Source: Trypanosoma brucei
Lineage: Eukaryota
NCBI GenBank assembly: GCA_000002445.1
Contig: CP000070.1
Coordinates: 1,888,001 to 1,952,000, forward strand
Direction of reading: 5' to 3'
Length of the DNA stretch: 64,000 nt
Position numbers and translations under genes: made by a program. Below, in pieces: positions 37,204-49,029 of this stretch. The notes under the pieces are model-generated. The model searched no databases and had not been told where the DNA came from. It was given only the letters and a program-made list of their open reading frames with translations. Numbering within the stretch: position 1 is the stretch's first letter; each line of letters starts with the position of its first letter.

Positions 37204-40200
37204 CCCCCCCCCCCCCCCCCCAGTCTCGCGTAACAATTGGCGCTGAACGATCCCCAAGGGAAGACCCGGCACCTAGAAACGGCTTGTGTAGATACTTCCA
37301 CTGCCTCTGAAGACGCCCCACGCACCGCCCGTGCGCCGTTGAGGTCTCGCTAAGGCGGTCGCGGCGTCAACGCCTCACCGCATCCATCCGATCTTCATAC
37401 ACGCGCACATATGTATTTCAGCGCCGCGCAGCCAACTTCCCTCCGGCAATCTTCCACGACGGTCGCAACCACTACCGCCCTTCCGTACGCCAACCGTCGG
37501 CTCGTCCTCCAGCACGCTGCAGTGACGTTCGAGCTCCCGCCTACTGCCACCGAGCGCAGAGGCCGAAGAGACGGAATCAAATGGAAGGAGGGTGGCCAAC
37601 CCCAAGCTAGCGGTTTGTGGTGACGTAACGCCATGGCCTCCGCGAGAAGAGCGGACCTCCTGAGCACCCGAAAACTCGACGGCGCTCTCCGTACGGTTGC
37701 CCCTGCTCGGAGACCCTTTTGTTAATGTCGCATCTGTCTAAGGTGGGGTCGGCCTCGGCGCACCATCGTCAGTACCTGCGGCGGTGTGTGGACATTGTCC
37801 TCTCCCCTCGGCGTGAAGAGGGTAATACGGGGCCCGTGAACACCCTACGGTTCGCACGTGGTTGGCACTACGGCGCGGGAACTAAGGCAGTGCCCTAAGC
37901 TTCGCGAATCCTCTTTAGTTCGTTGGTTGACCGTACCTGCCGATCCGGGAGCCACCTTGCGTTGCTTTGCGGGTGTTCAACGTGGCCGTCCGGGGTCCGC
38001 GTGCTTTGGATGCCGCTGTGCGTCGTGTTGAGGCGACCCGGACGCTATTCCGTGCCGCTACCCCTCGCTTCACTGCTTGTAAGTAGGTTTGCCCCCCGCT
38101 TTGAATGCTGTCCCAAGGAGCGGTGGTCGGCGTCATGGGTGCGTATTTTGTGCGCCGCAGCGGGTTTGTAGGGTTCGTTTGCTCTTGGTTCGGTACAGTT
38201 TTCGCACGGCCCGACAGCACAAGTGAGTCTTCTACGGTACATGATTGTTGAGACCTTCGCATTTGTACGGGCACAAATTCCGCTTGTTGCACACTGGCCA
38301 TCGTGCTGACAAGGGTGAGGTAACTTACTTAAATGTGCTGTTGGCTAATTGGATTGGTTACTCTTGGAACTGCGGTGGGGACTTTGTGTGCGAAGAGCAT
38401 CCGATTGTGCGATTCGTTTACGCCCATTATTGGCACAGTTGGTTTGGTCAAAAACACTTTCGGATATGATAGACACACAGAGGATGCACCTCTTTAGCAG
38501 TTTCATTTGCGGTTGATTGTATACTTGAAGATCGATAATTTTTGTTATATACAACTGGGCTTAACGTTCACTTATAATGTCACGAATAGTTTCCTATTGC
38601 GAAGTCGTGCTTGCGCACTCACTGGCAACAGGGTCGCATTGTTTATGAACTTTGCGTCACTTCGCTAGATGATTAATATGCACGTCGATGTTTACTTATC
38701 TTCCGTGATAAAGCAGATTGCATAAGCTGTTGCCGTTATTGCCATCCGTATCGCTTGTGAAGGAAGACTTTGCTGGGGACTTTTTTTAAACACAGGTGGC
38801 ACCGCTAAACTTTGTTCTCCGGACCTCTGCGCCTGTGTGCAAACCATTTCCAGGGTAAAATATTAAGTAGTAGAGGAGGATGCGTTGGCCGTTGCGTTCG
38901 TTGGGAAGATTGTCAAGAGAGTTGTTGAGGTGCAGGTTCAATTTGCTTTGGCATTTTTTTCTTGGCAGCAAACGTTTTTCTTTAGTACCTTCAGGATTTG
39001 TTTAGTTCGTGTACTTCGCCATCATGTTCTTAATATCTTTATACCGCCGAAATGCTAGCACATAATCGAAACGGTAAGCGAGTTTATTCTTAACGATTTG
39101 ATTATTCATCTGTGTGCCTACTGATATGGTTAGTACCGTGTTTTTTTTTTTTTTGCGCCGTGCTGATGGAAACCGATATTTGCTTCTGAAGCGTCTTCCC
39201 TCGATGGCTCACGTTTGGGAGACTGACCGTATGTAGTATATTTGTTATACAAAGTTAAGTATTGATGTCGGAATGTGTTGGTTGTACGCAAGTGCCTCAT
39301 TTTTCCTCCCGTTGAATGGTTTTAGGCACCTTTGCACAATTTCGTGACTAATGTAAAGGATTCCTTGGGAAAAGATGGGGATTGCGTAGTGTTGGTGTAT
39401 AAAAAAAAAACAATGTTACTCGCTATGAAATTTGTTCAAAATCTCGTTTATTTTTCCTTCGAACACCTTTTTGCAAGCGTGGGAGAGTTTCAATTAAGCG
39501 AACAGTCGACAGTCCCTTTCGAATTGAATACAGACTGATATATGAAAGGCACGTTTTGCTTTGGTGTATCTTCACACCAGTGGATTTACAAACTTTTGCA
39601 GCCATATGTGCGCTACACTGTGGGGAAAATGTATACGAAGGGTTGACAATCTGTTATGTCTCTGTGTTTGTGCATTGATAACTTTCGTCGCTCTCCGTTG
39701 GCTTCTGCTCGCACCTGAATGTCCGCTATTGTGTGCTCTGTGGTGCATGAGAAAATGCAATAAAGGCTTGATGGGGAAAGAATGTCTAACTTGTTGGAAC
39801 GATAGTTCTATCTCAAACCGCTCCGGAATTACTTTCGTAACGCGATTTCCTGTCTAACCGTAACTGCTGCCTAGCAACAATTTCAACTCTGTATTATGTT
39901 GGGTATCCACATCCCCCCCCCCCACTGTAGCGCGCCTAACTGGTGAGAATTGACCAGGAATGCCTCTATTGGGGTGCGCATACTGCGCAATTAACGCTTT
40001 TGTGATCTCGAATACACTGTGCGGACGCTAAGTGAAATCTCAACGACAACCCTTGGAATTTCACTTCGCTTGTACTCGATTCCCCTCCACATCGCCGCTT
40101 GGGGTGGCGACAGAGAAAATGTGATCCGTGTGGGACTTAATCCCACCGCCGGTCACCGCTGCGGTGGAGTATGCAAAGGAAAATGTTCCCCCTTCTGCTA

Positions 40201-41063
40201 ACCGTATTATTGTAGCTAATCTTCCCAATTCAAGTGCAGAACTTGTTTGCTTAAAGCTGGCATTTGTCGAGTGCTACACAAATCTTTGTTCGCAGAGAAT
40301 TTCAGTGTACAAATAGAACTGCCTGTAACAAATTTTTTTTGTCATTGGTTCAGTTTGTACTTGACGCTAGCCAACAGTTGTGTAAAGAGCACATGGCTCA
40401 ATTCTGGTGTTGTAAGTTGTTCCTAGCCCGCTCTTCAGGAGCTGTTTGCCGGTATGCGTTGTGGTAGGTTTCGTACTTTCTGTCGTTGCCAGAGAAGGGG
40501 AGAATGCATAGTGTTCCTCCACCTCAATTTGTTACTGATTGAAAGGGCCTTTGCTTACCCAATTTAAATCGGTTGGTGATTTGTTGGTGTCTCTACGGAG
40601 GGGAAGGAACCAGAAGATGGAAGCTCGGAGATCCCATCGCGGAAATGCAGACATATAGATGTCACTGACTAATAGAAATGAATATCTGAACAGAAAGAAA
40701 TACTTGCGGTTAAAAAACGTCTGCTCACTTGGTATTAGCTAATCCTTATTGCGCCATAAAGTTTGTTGGGCGTGGAAACACTAGTCACGCGACCAGTGTG
40801 GCCGCCAACCCTAATCCTAAAATGTCTTTTGCTTCCACTGATGCGCTCACCATTTACCAGCACTACTCAGTTATGCAGAATAGCTCGTAGCCATGTTACC
40901 GGCTGTGGAAGTGGAGTAAAATATGTGTGATGTGCACGTTGGTTTGAATTAAAGCATCGTTCTGCAGTTGAAACACCTGTGTAAGCGGCCGCTTCGAACA
41001 TGCGTTCGAACAGCGGCGCACAGTAATCGTCTGTCACTATGTCGGCCTCGGAAGCAGTGTGTT

Positions 41064-41064
<1 letters not shown>

Positions 41065-41096
<32 letters not shown>
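41065..41096. repeat. (GT)n microsatellite, about 16 units
   Basis: gtgtgt... run read directly. Confidence 0.9.
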
Positions 41097-41100
<4 letters not shown>

Positions 41101-41787
41101 ATTAAACAGATGTATCATCGGAGACATCTTTTCACAAGAAGAGGAAGTTTCAGTTGTGGTCACGGACGCATTACGCAGGTTGTTGGGTTGAAACAACACA
41201 AACGTGGCAACCATTTAGGATGTTTTGGGCCTTTGGCGGTGGTTGTACTGCACTTTGTATACTCCTTTAAGAGAAGAAATGGTTTGAAAGTGTAGATTTT
41301 TTTTTTAAGTCAAGTATGTGCATTCAAGAAGCCATATCACAGTGTTGCGCGGCGCGTCGTCAAGACAGAACCTTGCTGCATTGAGAGTGCATGTACGAAA
41401 GCGGCGCCAGGATGCTATGGGTCCAAGTGGTTCGAGGCTGTAGAAGTTTGCTTGGTGATAAAACGTGTGCGGGCATTCATTACATACCAGTCGCAAAGTA
41501 TCCCCAATCTCAATGCTGGAGTGGGCGTTGCTTTGTCCATACGCATGCTTTTTTTTTTTGTTCTGTCAGAAGTCCCTTCTCGCGACGCGAGTATCAGCTC
41601 TCCACACTCTTATTTTTTAAGTATCCGTTTTTCAGACCACTCGCCTCCATCGACTTCAGTTTTGTTACACTCCGCACATCTTTGTTGCTATGTTGTTTTT
41701 CTACTTTAGTTGCTCTAAGTGTAACCAATATTAATTTAAGGTACAAACTCTATCCTCAGCAGGATTCGGTGTTATTTCTCTTCGACG

Positions 41788-43230
41788 ATGTCATCAGTAT
41801 CGAGCGTACCTGTTTTGGTGCTGTTCAATTCCGTTCTAACACTTCTGTGTTGTATCATCAGCTCTGGGCAACGGTCAAGAAGTCCCTTTACGAGACCGGC
41901 ACTCAAACCAGGGGGCGTTAAGGTTGCCATTCAAGAAGCGGCCGTTACGCCAGCATTACCCACACTTGTGGAAGAGTCGGAAAAGGTTATGGAGAATCTC
42001 ACCATTCCCGAGCAAAAGGTTAATGGTCTAAGTCTAGGGGAGGCTCATATTCGGGACGTGACGGTTGGGAGCGCGACAGTTAAATTCGAGGAACCAAATA
42101 AAATGATTTTGAAGTTTTGGAACGTAAGCGCTACTGTGCCTTTTACGCGTTTTTCATACCACTCTTTTTGGTGTCATGTATATCCTTGCAGTGGGACGAC
42201 ACAAATGGAAATACGCAACGCAAGTATGACACTGTTGCTCGAAGTGTCTGCTGCAAGCGGCGGACCACTAAACGTAGGTGTGGTTAGTGTGGTAACTGAC
42301 ATCGGGGACCCAACGATAACTCTCATCGGTGAAGGGAAATCAAAGGTGCCCAAGTGGCTTGGTGGTAGTGTCAAGGATCTATTTAAGAAGGATATTCTAG
42401 GCAAACTCGAGCAGCAAATAATTACTGCAGTGAACCCCATTTTGACCAACAAAACGAGGGAAATATCCCATATGTTCCCAATTGTCTTCATAGGTAATCC
42501 GAAAATCAAAAATGGACAAATGAGACTCGCATTGGCCGTTCTTCCAGGCACCACAAAACAATCAACGCTGACGAGAAAGCTTTTTACTCCGCCCCAGCCA
42601 TTTCCAAACTGGCCTGTTGCTGTTGTTTCCTCGTATACGGCTTTGAATAATGTATTCCGCTTGCTGATTAAAAAGGGCCACTCGAGGATCCGCGTGCCCT
42701 TTCCACTGAAATATGTTCTCTCCAGCGAGGCCGCGCATCATCAGTTGGACAGTCTTTGCTCTGGATGTGCCTCTGAGGCCTCACTTGAACTAAAAACAGC
42801 CCCGTGGTTGAAATACCTGAATAAGAAACTGTTTACAGTTAACTTTCGGGGCGTTGACGTTGCCGTGGGTCTGTTGCCAAGGGGTGGTGACCCCATTCCC
42901 TTGTTTAGTATGTTAATGAACGTGTCCGTCCGGGCGGCGCATATCGCTGTCGTCGACAGCATCGCCCATGCGAAGTTGGATTCCATTGATGCTACGGTGA
43001 GCGTCACATCCTCACGTATCGATGGCCTGGACTCAAGTACAATGAACACAAAAATTCGTGATTTGATCAACGGGATGGTGTTGCCGCTGCTCAACTTCAA
43101 GAAGGATGGCTTTCCCGTTCCCTTCGACTTGTCTGGGATCCACCTGAATATTACAGGTGAAGGCGGTAAAGCGGGAGTTGACCCGGCACGCGCTTTTAGA
43201 TCGCTCAGCACATTCCTTCACCTCCGATGA
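41788..43230 (+). CDS. Secreted protein, 480 aa, with a possible BPI/LBP-like (TULIP) lipid-binding fold
   Basis: Longest plus-strand ORF in the window. N-terminal signal-like segment (VPVLVLFNSVLTLLCCIISS). Overall size and pattern (e.g. KDLFKKDILGKLEQQIITAVNPILTN) resemble the N-terminal barrel of BPI-fold proteins. Similarity judged by eye only. Confidence 0.45.
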   Translation: MSSVSSVPVLVLFNSVLTLLCCIISSGQRSRSPFTRPALKPGGVKVAIQEAAVTPALPTLVEESEKVMENLTIPEQKVNGLSLGEAHIRDVTVGSATVKFEEPNKMILKFWNVSATVPFTRFSYHSFWCHVYPCSGTTQMEIRNASMTLLLEVSAASGGPLNVGVVSVVTDIGDPTITLIGEGKSKVPKWLGGSVKDLFKKDILGKLEQQIITAVNPILTNKTREISHMFPIVFIGNPKIKNGQMRLALAVLPGTTKQSTLTRKLFTPPQPFPNWPVAVVSSYTALNNVFRLLIKKGHSRIRVPFPLKYVLSSEAAHHQLDSLCSGCASEASLELKTAPWLKYLNKKLFTVNFRGVDVAVGLLPRGGDPIPLFSMLMNVSVRAAHIAVVDSIAHAKLDSIDATVSVTSSRIDGLDSSTMNTKIRDLINGMVLPLLNFKKDGFPVPFDLSGIHLNITGEGGKAGVDPARAFRSLSTFLHLR

Positions 43231-45954
43231 AAGATTGCAACATTCCCGCCCACTTCGTAAAACACACTCCCATGCGCTTATATGGAAGGGGGTAACGCTC
43301 AAACCTATCTTGCCTTCCCCTGTTTACGCACACTTTCACATCGCACTTCCTCTCACAAGATGTTCGCATGTTGTAGCAACCACCCTGCGCAATCGATGAG
43401 AAGCTATCCGTGTCTACGGGTGACCCTTCGAATTATGGCGGAGGAGTAAAAACCTAATCGTGTGTAAAGTGCTGTGGTCAAGGAAGGAAATAAAGTGCTC
43501 TTTTTTTTTTTTGATTGTTTCTGTTTTCGCTTTTGCTTTCCATATCCCTCGTTGCTGACATCTTTTTTAACAGTGTCACTCACTCTCCGGTCCGCACAAA
43601 TAGACCAAGTTCTAACGTTGAATGCCTTCAATCAGCGTCTCTTCCCCTCTTCTTGCGGTAGTGTATGAGCAGCTACATCCTTTGTTATGCCACCTTTTAG
43701 ATGAAACAGCCGGAAACTGGTGTCGCAAAGGTTTTGGAGGGTCAAGCGTACGACGAGTTTGGCGCCCCTACACCCGGCCTACGAACACAATTGCTTCCCC
43801 TCCATGAGAAGGGAGGAAGGTTTGGGTGGGGGCGCGGGTTTTGAATGCATATTTCTTTTCCACTCGCCCAGTGGGGCGAAAAACGTCTCTACACGCCCGC
43901 GAAGCCACAACGAAATTGCGCGCCACACAAAGGTTGAGAGCACATACCGCCCGAGCGTTCGTTTTTTTCTTGCCAGCGAGGTCCAAAGACTTTTGCCCAA
44001 TCCAAACCAACATGCCGATGTTGAATCCTAAACCGCGGAAGCCTTCCACCGCTCATGCGCCTCCGGGGAGGGAGGGGGTCAAACGGCGTGGCCTGCATGG
44101 AACCGGCTTCAGAACTATGTGATTGGACACGCCATGCAGCAGGTTTCGTCGGAGTAGACGAAACGCAGGCGGTGTTTTAGTACTAAATGGCGTCTGCTTA
44201 GGACTCCAAAAGCGGTGCGGCGGCGGAGTGGCCACTCCGCCGTGGCGATGGGCAGAAACAGATCCCTTCCCATACGACAGAATCTGATGGACAGTGTACT
44301 AAACTCTGGATTTTGCCCCTTCGTCAGATACTGCTAGCAGCCCAGGTGTCCGCAATTCTGCCGTCTCTACCACGGCCCACGGATCAGTGCGACATGCGCG
44401 AGGAAAGAAAAGGCAGTTCCGTTGGATTTTTGTGGGCAACGAGAGTCTCCAGAAGGGTGGGTAAGTCTGTCGATATGTCCCAACGCATTCGCCCTCGTTG
44501 GTGTGGGAAACAGGGTTTTTCTTGTTTGGCGTTCGCCGCACCAATGGCACGCTGGGTGGGTTAGGGTCCGGAACTTTCTCAGGATGCAGCCGCGACGGAT
44601 GAAGGTTCCTCCACCGAATCAGGCCGGGGCACGCTCCTTGTCGCAAGAAATTTGGGAGTTGCACTTTTTCGTCGTCCGGTTTCTCGTTTATTTTTTTTTT
44701 CTTGGTGTGTATTCGATCCCTCCCAGCCTACAGTATTTTTTTTGGCGAGTGTAATAGTATCTGTCATGCGTGCTCCTCCAACTTGTGTCATGGTTGATGT
44801 ATTGGTTGCTTCAACTTCAGCCTGTTCATTTATTGCTTTCATACGTCGGCTAAAGACAAGTTGAAGCCCCAGTCGAGGTAAGCAATGTTGGACGTAGTCT
44901 AGAAGTGACCAAACATCCATGAACGAGTGACCTCTTTCTACTTTGGGCTCCGCTCTCATAACTTTTAGGAGAGGCACAGGTCAGTAAAGGCGGATGCCTT
45001 GCACCTTCTGGCATCCCTGGCCTCGATCAGTCCAAGAAGTCTTTGTCGTCCGTGTCGGAGCGGCCGACATCGCGTACCGTATATAGCGTGGGAACGCTAC
45101 ACCACACCCACCGGTGGGCGTTACGATGCCCTTTATAACATGACCAATTCACTATGTTTCCCTCCCCAGGTAAGGGAGCCATGGTTCTGCACCTCAAAAT
45201 GTCGTTTGAGGAGCAATTTTTCCTTGCCTTGCGAATGGTTAGTTTCCCAACTTTTTGGCATTTCCTTTCCTGTTGAAGCCAAAATTGACTTTTTACGTTT
45301 GGTGAGATAGTGTCTCGGAGGCAGTACCATAGAGGACACAACTGGATGAACCTGCCGTTGGTGCGTGTCGCTGCTCCCCCACGGCCGGGTGTGGGCGCAC
45401 GCCTTGGATCTATTGCGTCCCATCCTCCGACCTAGCAATCTGGATGAAGTGGCAGGTTGGCGCTTTCGTCGGGGACGCCCCCCACGCACTCCGCATTTTA
45501 GCAGACAGTGAAGAACCGTGGCGAGTGCGGCCCGTCCGCTTTGCCCCCCCCCCCCCCCCCCGGACATACGGGGCGTGTTTCCTCTTGCGCTGTTTTAGGT
45601 CGTGCCTTACCTCACCCCCGTTCGGCTACAATGTATCCTTGCGCCCTTCCCACTCCATGGAGAATCTTACACCGCATCTGAGCAAGGTGAAATCTGGCTG
45701 CGTCTACGAGAGGGCCCCATGGCAGGGGGACGGACACCCCCCGTTGAAGTTTCATATGGGTTGCTGATGGTTTGAACTTTGCGACTGCCGCGAATCCTTC
45801 GTTGACTTCCAGTGTTAGTGATACGATGGAACGACACCGGCGTTCCGTAATTAATTGGCCCTGGGCGAGTGAGTGCAATTACTCCCTCAGTTTGGTGCCA
45901 ACGAGTGAACATTTTTCTCCATTTTCTAGGCATTCAGTCTACATGTGCCATCTC

Positions 45955-46150
45955 ACAGTAAGCCGTCTTGACCTTTGTCCTGAGGAGGGTTGAGCCTCGA
46001 ACGATGTCTTCTATATGACATGACTGGTTTTTCAGCCTCCGAGTTTGATTTTTTTTTTCCGTTACCTCCCGAACGCGCTTCACGAATAGGTGAAATTTTG
46101 ACACTTTGCGGGAGCGAAACACTTCCGTTAGGATTAACGCAGTGAGAAAG
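45955..46150 (-). repeat. Diverged partial copy (~190 bp, roughly 85% identity) of the ~385-bp dispersed repeat
   Basis: ctgaggagggttgagcctcgaacgatgtcttctatatgacatgactggtttttcagcctccgagtttg...ttaacgcagtgag aligns with 21510-21677. Confidence 0.55.
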
Positions 46151-47124
46151 TCCGCCGAAAGGGGGGAAGGTGACCGTCCGTTTTTCAATTCTAACTGCGC
46201 AATCATTTTCCGTGGCGATGGCTTTCTCCTGGTTCGATTGTTTTGACGGAGAAGGAACCGCGGCAACTTCACTGAGTGGCGCCGCTGCCATGTTGAGTGA
46301 GTCAACTTTTCTTTTCATTCTTTGGTTTTGGCAGCGCGGGGCACCCAAGCGAACGAGCGGATGTGCGATGACACGCTGGTATCAAATGGTTCCAAATTTT
46401 CCTATCCTTTTATAGACATACTCGTCGTAGCCTCCTCGTTGGACTATTTGTTCCCACATCACAGGCGGAAGTTACAAACAGTATCGAGACCGCTGCGATT
46501 CTTCATGTGAGTGCTGAAATCACCCTTCATGTACAGCGGGTGTTTCCATCCTGCACCCGAGCCTAACCCACCTTCGGCACTAGAGAGGGGAATGTTGTGG
46601 AGCTTGTAAACATTGCCGCCTTTATCTTCCACACCTGCACAGCTCTTTTTTTGTTTAGAACCGTGCCTGATCCTATTTCCGTTGGCACCGCCTATGAGCG
46701 CTATGTGAATACAAATCCCCAAGCATTCCGATATTCCACCGCCCTTTTTCACTTCAGAACAAAGGCAGAAGCACCTGGATCCGAGGGGCGCCGAGTTTTC
46801 CCCTCATCGGCAAGTGTTTCTCCTCGGAACCGTGTTTGCCGAACGGGAGCTCCCCAGTAATGTCAAAAGTTTTTTCCATGAACCATTCCAAAGTGCGTGC
46901 TTTTTCTTTTTCTACGATATTGGTGCTAGCTCCTTCCCAGTCGGTCATTAGGCAAGGGCACTCGAAGGGTGTGTGTAGCATTCCTTACGGGCCTTAAGTG
47001 TTGTTGGAGGTTGTCGGTTGTTTTGGTGGCAATCGGGACCTCCTCCTCCTGCTACTTTTTCGATGCCCAGTGGCGTTGGGTTGTGAGCACAACGTCGTCA
47101 TGTTTCGTTTCAAACTGCGTATAT

Positions 47125-47552
47125 CCCTGGTGATGCTGGCCACATCAACGTGGTGCCAGGGTCCAGTACCCCGTATCATCGGGGGAAGCCAAGAGCCAGC
47201 AGCGTTCTTCTCATGGGGAACACTGCTGTGCTCCGGCTACGGCATCATACAGCACAGGGATCAGCAGCGTCTTTCTGGGACACCGTTTTTCATTTGTCGG
47301 TCCCTGGGAACGTGACAGCGTGCCATCAGCAGTATCATCCGCACTAAGATGCTGCTGTCCGGTGATGTGGAAGAGAATCCCGGCCCGTCGTTGCGCGGGA
47401 TGCAGTGGAACTGCGCCGGGCTATCTCAAGGAAAGAGATTAGCACCCCACTTCGTGTTGGGAATACTACGTCGCATGAATCGTGCTACAGCCCGTCTGGG
47501 GGTAGCGGACTGTCTGAACACTTCTGCTTGCAGTGATTTTTGTGATTTTTAA
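47125..47552 (+). mobile_element. 5'-terminal fragment of an L1Tc-type non-LTR retrotransposon: Pr77 hallmark (47125-47201), then an ORF starting at 47349 with a 2A peptide (DVEENPGP, 47364-47387) and the N-terminus of the AP-endonuclease domain; truncated by a stop at 47552
   Basis: CCCTGGTGATGCTGGCCACATCAACGTGGTGCCAGGGTCCAGTACCCCGTATCATCGGGGGAAGCCAAGAGCCAGCAGC matches the remembered Pr77 signature of L1Tc/NARTc. The downstream ORF reads MLLSGDVEENPGPSLRGMQWNCAGL... (2A motif followed by an APE-like WNCxGL). Confidence 0.75.
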
Positions 47553-49029
47553 ACCCTTTAAGCCGACCACCGCAGTGAGGGCGGTGCTCCCGACGTCTAT
47601 TCACTGAGGGCCTCCTTGTTTCTGTGTGCGTCACCACTTCTTATGTCTAATTTCGAGTCGTATCTTGTGTAATTGACTCACATGATGGGCTAGTGTGGGC
47701 GTGTTGTTCCGGGGAAAGGTTGAAAAAGCGATGCGTGCTTGTGCAGTTTCACTGCCAAGTTAATCCTGCCAAATGGCTTGGACTCCCCACATCCTGCGCG
47801 TGCTAAGTGAGGCAAGTCTGCCTTGCTCCGTGGTTCTCCAATAATAAGGTCTGAGCCACCAATATCGTAGGCTTTGGCCCCACGTATTTTGTATCTGCGG
47901 ATGCCCTTACGAATGCTGCCACACCATTCTTTTTGAGGCTGCAATACACGTAAGCAGATCAATGTGCCGTGGTGGCACAGTTTTTGTTCTGGTGTATTGA
48001 CTGCTGCTTCAAACTTCCGTGGAAAACCTTTCTCCAGGCTCGTTAACACGCACTCTACAATACCCGTAGAAAAACTGAAGATGTATCGTCCATCCGGTCT
48101 CACTTAGCGCGAGGAACCTTCGCCACATCTGATCTTCTGCCAAGTCGGTTTGAGTTCCCGGCCCTTTCTTTAAGGTCCTAAGAAGGGATTGGCCGTCCGC
48201 CACCGGCGGTAGGGATTTACTTTTATCATCTTCGCGCGGCATTGTGTTTTTTTTTCAAGCTTTTTGGCACCGCAGTGGATTTAGCCCTGTAACTACGGAG
48301 CCGGGAACCACAGTTGACACCCGCCCTTTGTATAAGTTCATTTGAGCAGAGAAGTGAACAGTATTCCAACCCCTTCCGATCTCAGAGGACCCGCACCGCC
48401 GTCGGTTGCTAGAATCCACGCTTTGTCTCTGTGACGTGAATCTGCTCCTTCGATAACTCAGCGTCTTTCCCAAAATAACTCTTTTTCCCTTCGGAGAGAA
48501 AAATCTATCTCGAGCTCCGTTCCTACGGTAGCCCCGCACGCTGTGCCTCTCAACCACGGGGAAACCACCCTGCGATGCAGAAGGTTCTCAAATGCCGTGG
48601 CCTGTGATGACCTATCCGGTGGCACGTTCGTCTAACAAGGGAGCTACGCCATCACGAAATATTGAAGGCACACGGGGGACGACCCCCGTTTTCGGTTCAC
48701 TCAGCGGTGTGCATACCCACTCCAAGTTACTTACATTTGGTTTTTCGTACATGACAACAGGTTCGCGTATACACGGAGAATAAACAAAAGACAGGTATGC
48801 TTCTGCATTAATAAAAAGCAAGACCATCGCGCCGTATGTTCACATCACAAAGAGCAAATGACAAAAAAAAAAATTCTCATCTCCTTCTTCAACGACAAAC
48901 TCACATTCACCAAACCCTCGCACCCCACCCCCAACAAAAAAAAACCATATTCAGCCACACAAGCGCAATGCAACCTAACATTTATAAGAAAAAAACAAGT
49001 TCCGCTAAATTGATTCAAATGAATAGATA

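Noticed and set aside
37049-37325. ORFs containing runs of X
   Set aside because: They span the N gap and the poly-C tract, so they are not real.
47690-48700. Possible additional LSU-rRNA-like sequence on the minus strand (faint resemblance of 48250-48700 reverse complement to LSU domain V), and ORFs 47690..48103(-), 48009..48242(-)
   Set aside because: The similarity was too weak to assert by eye and the orientation conflicts with the confirmed SRL fragment. I left it unannotated. An Infernal LSU scan would settle it.
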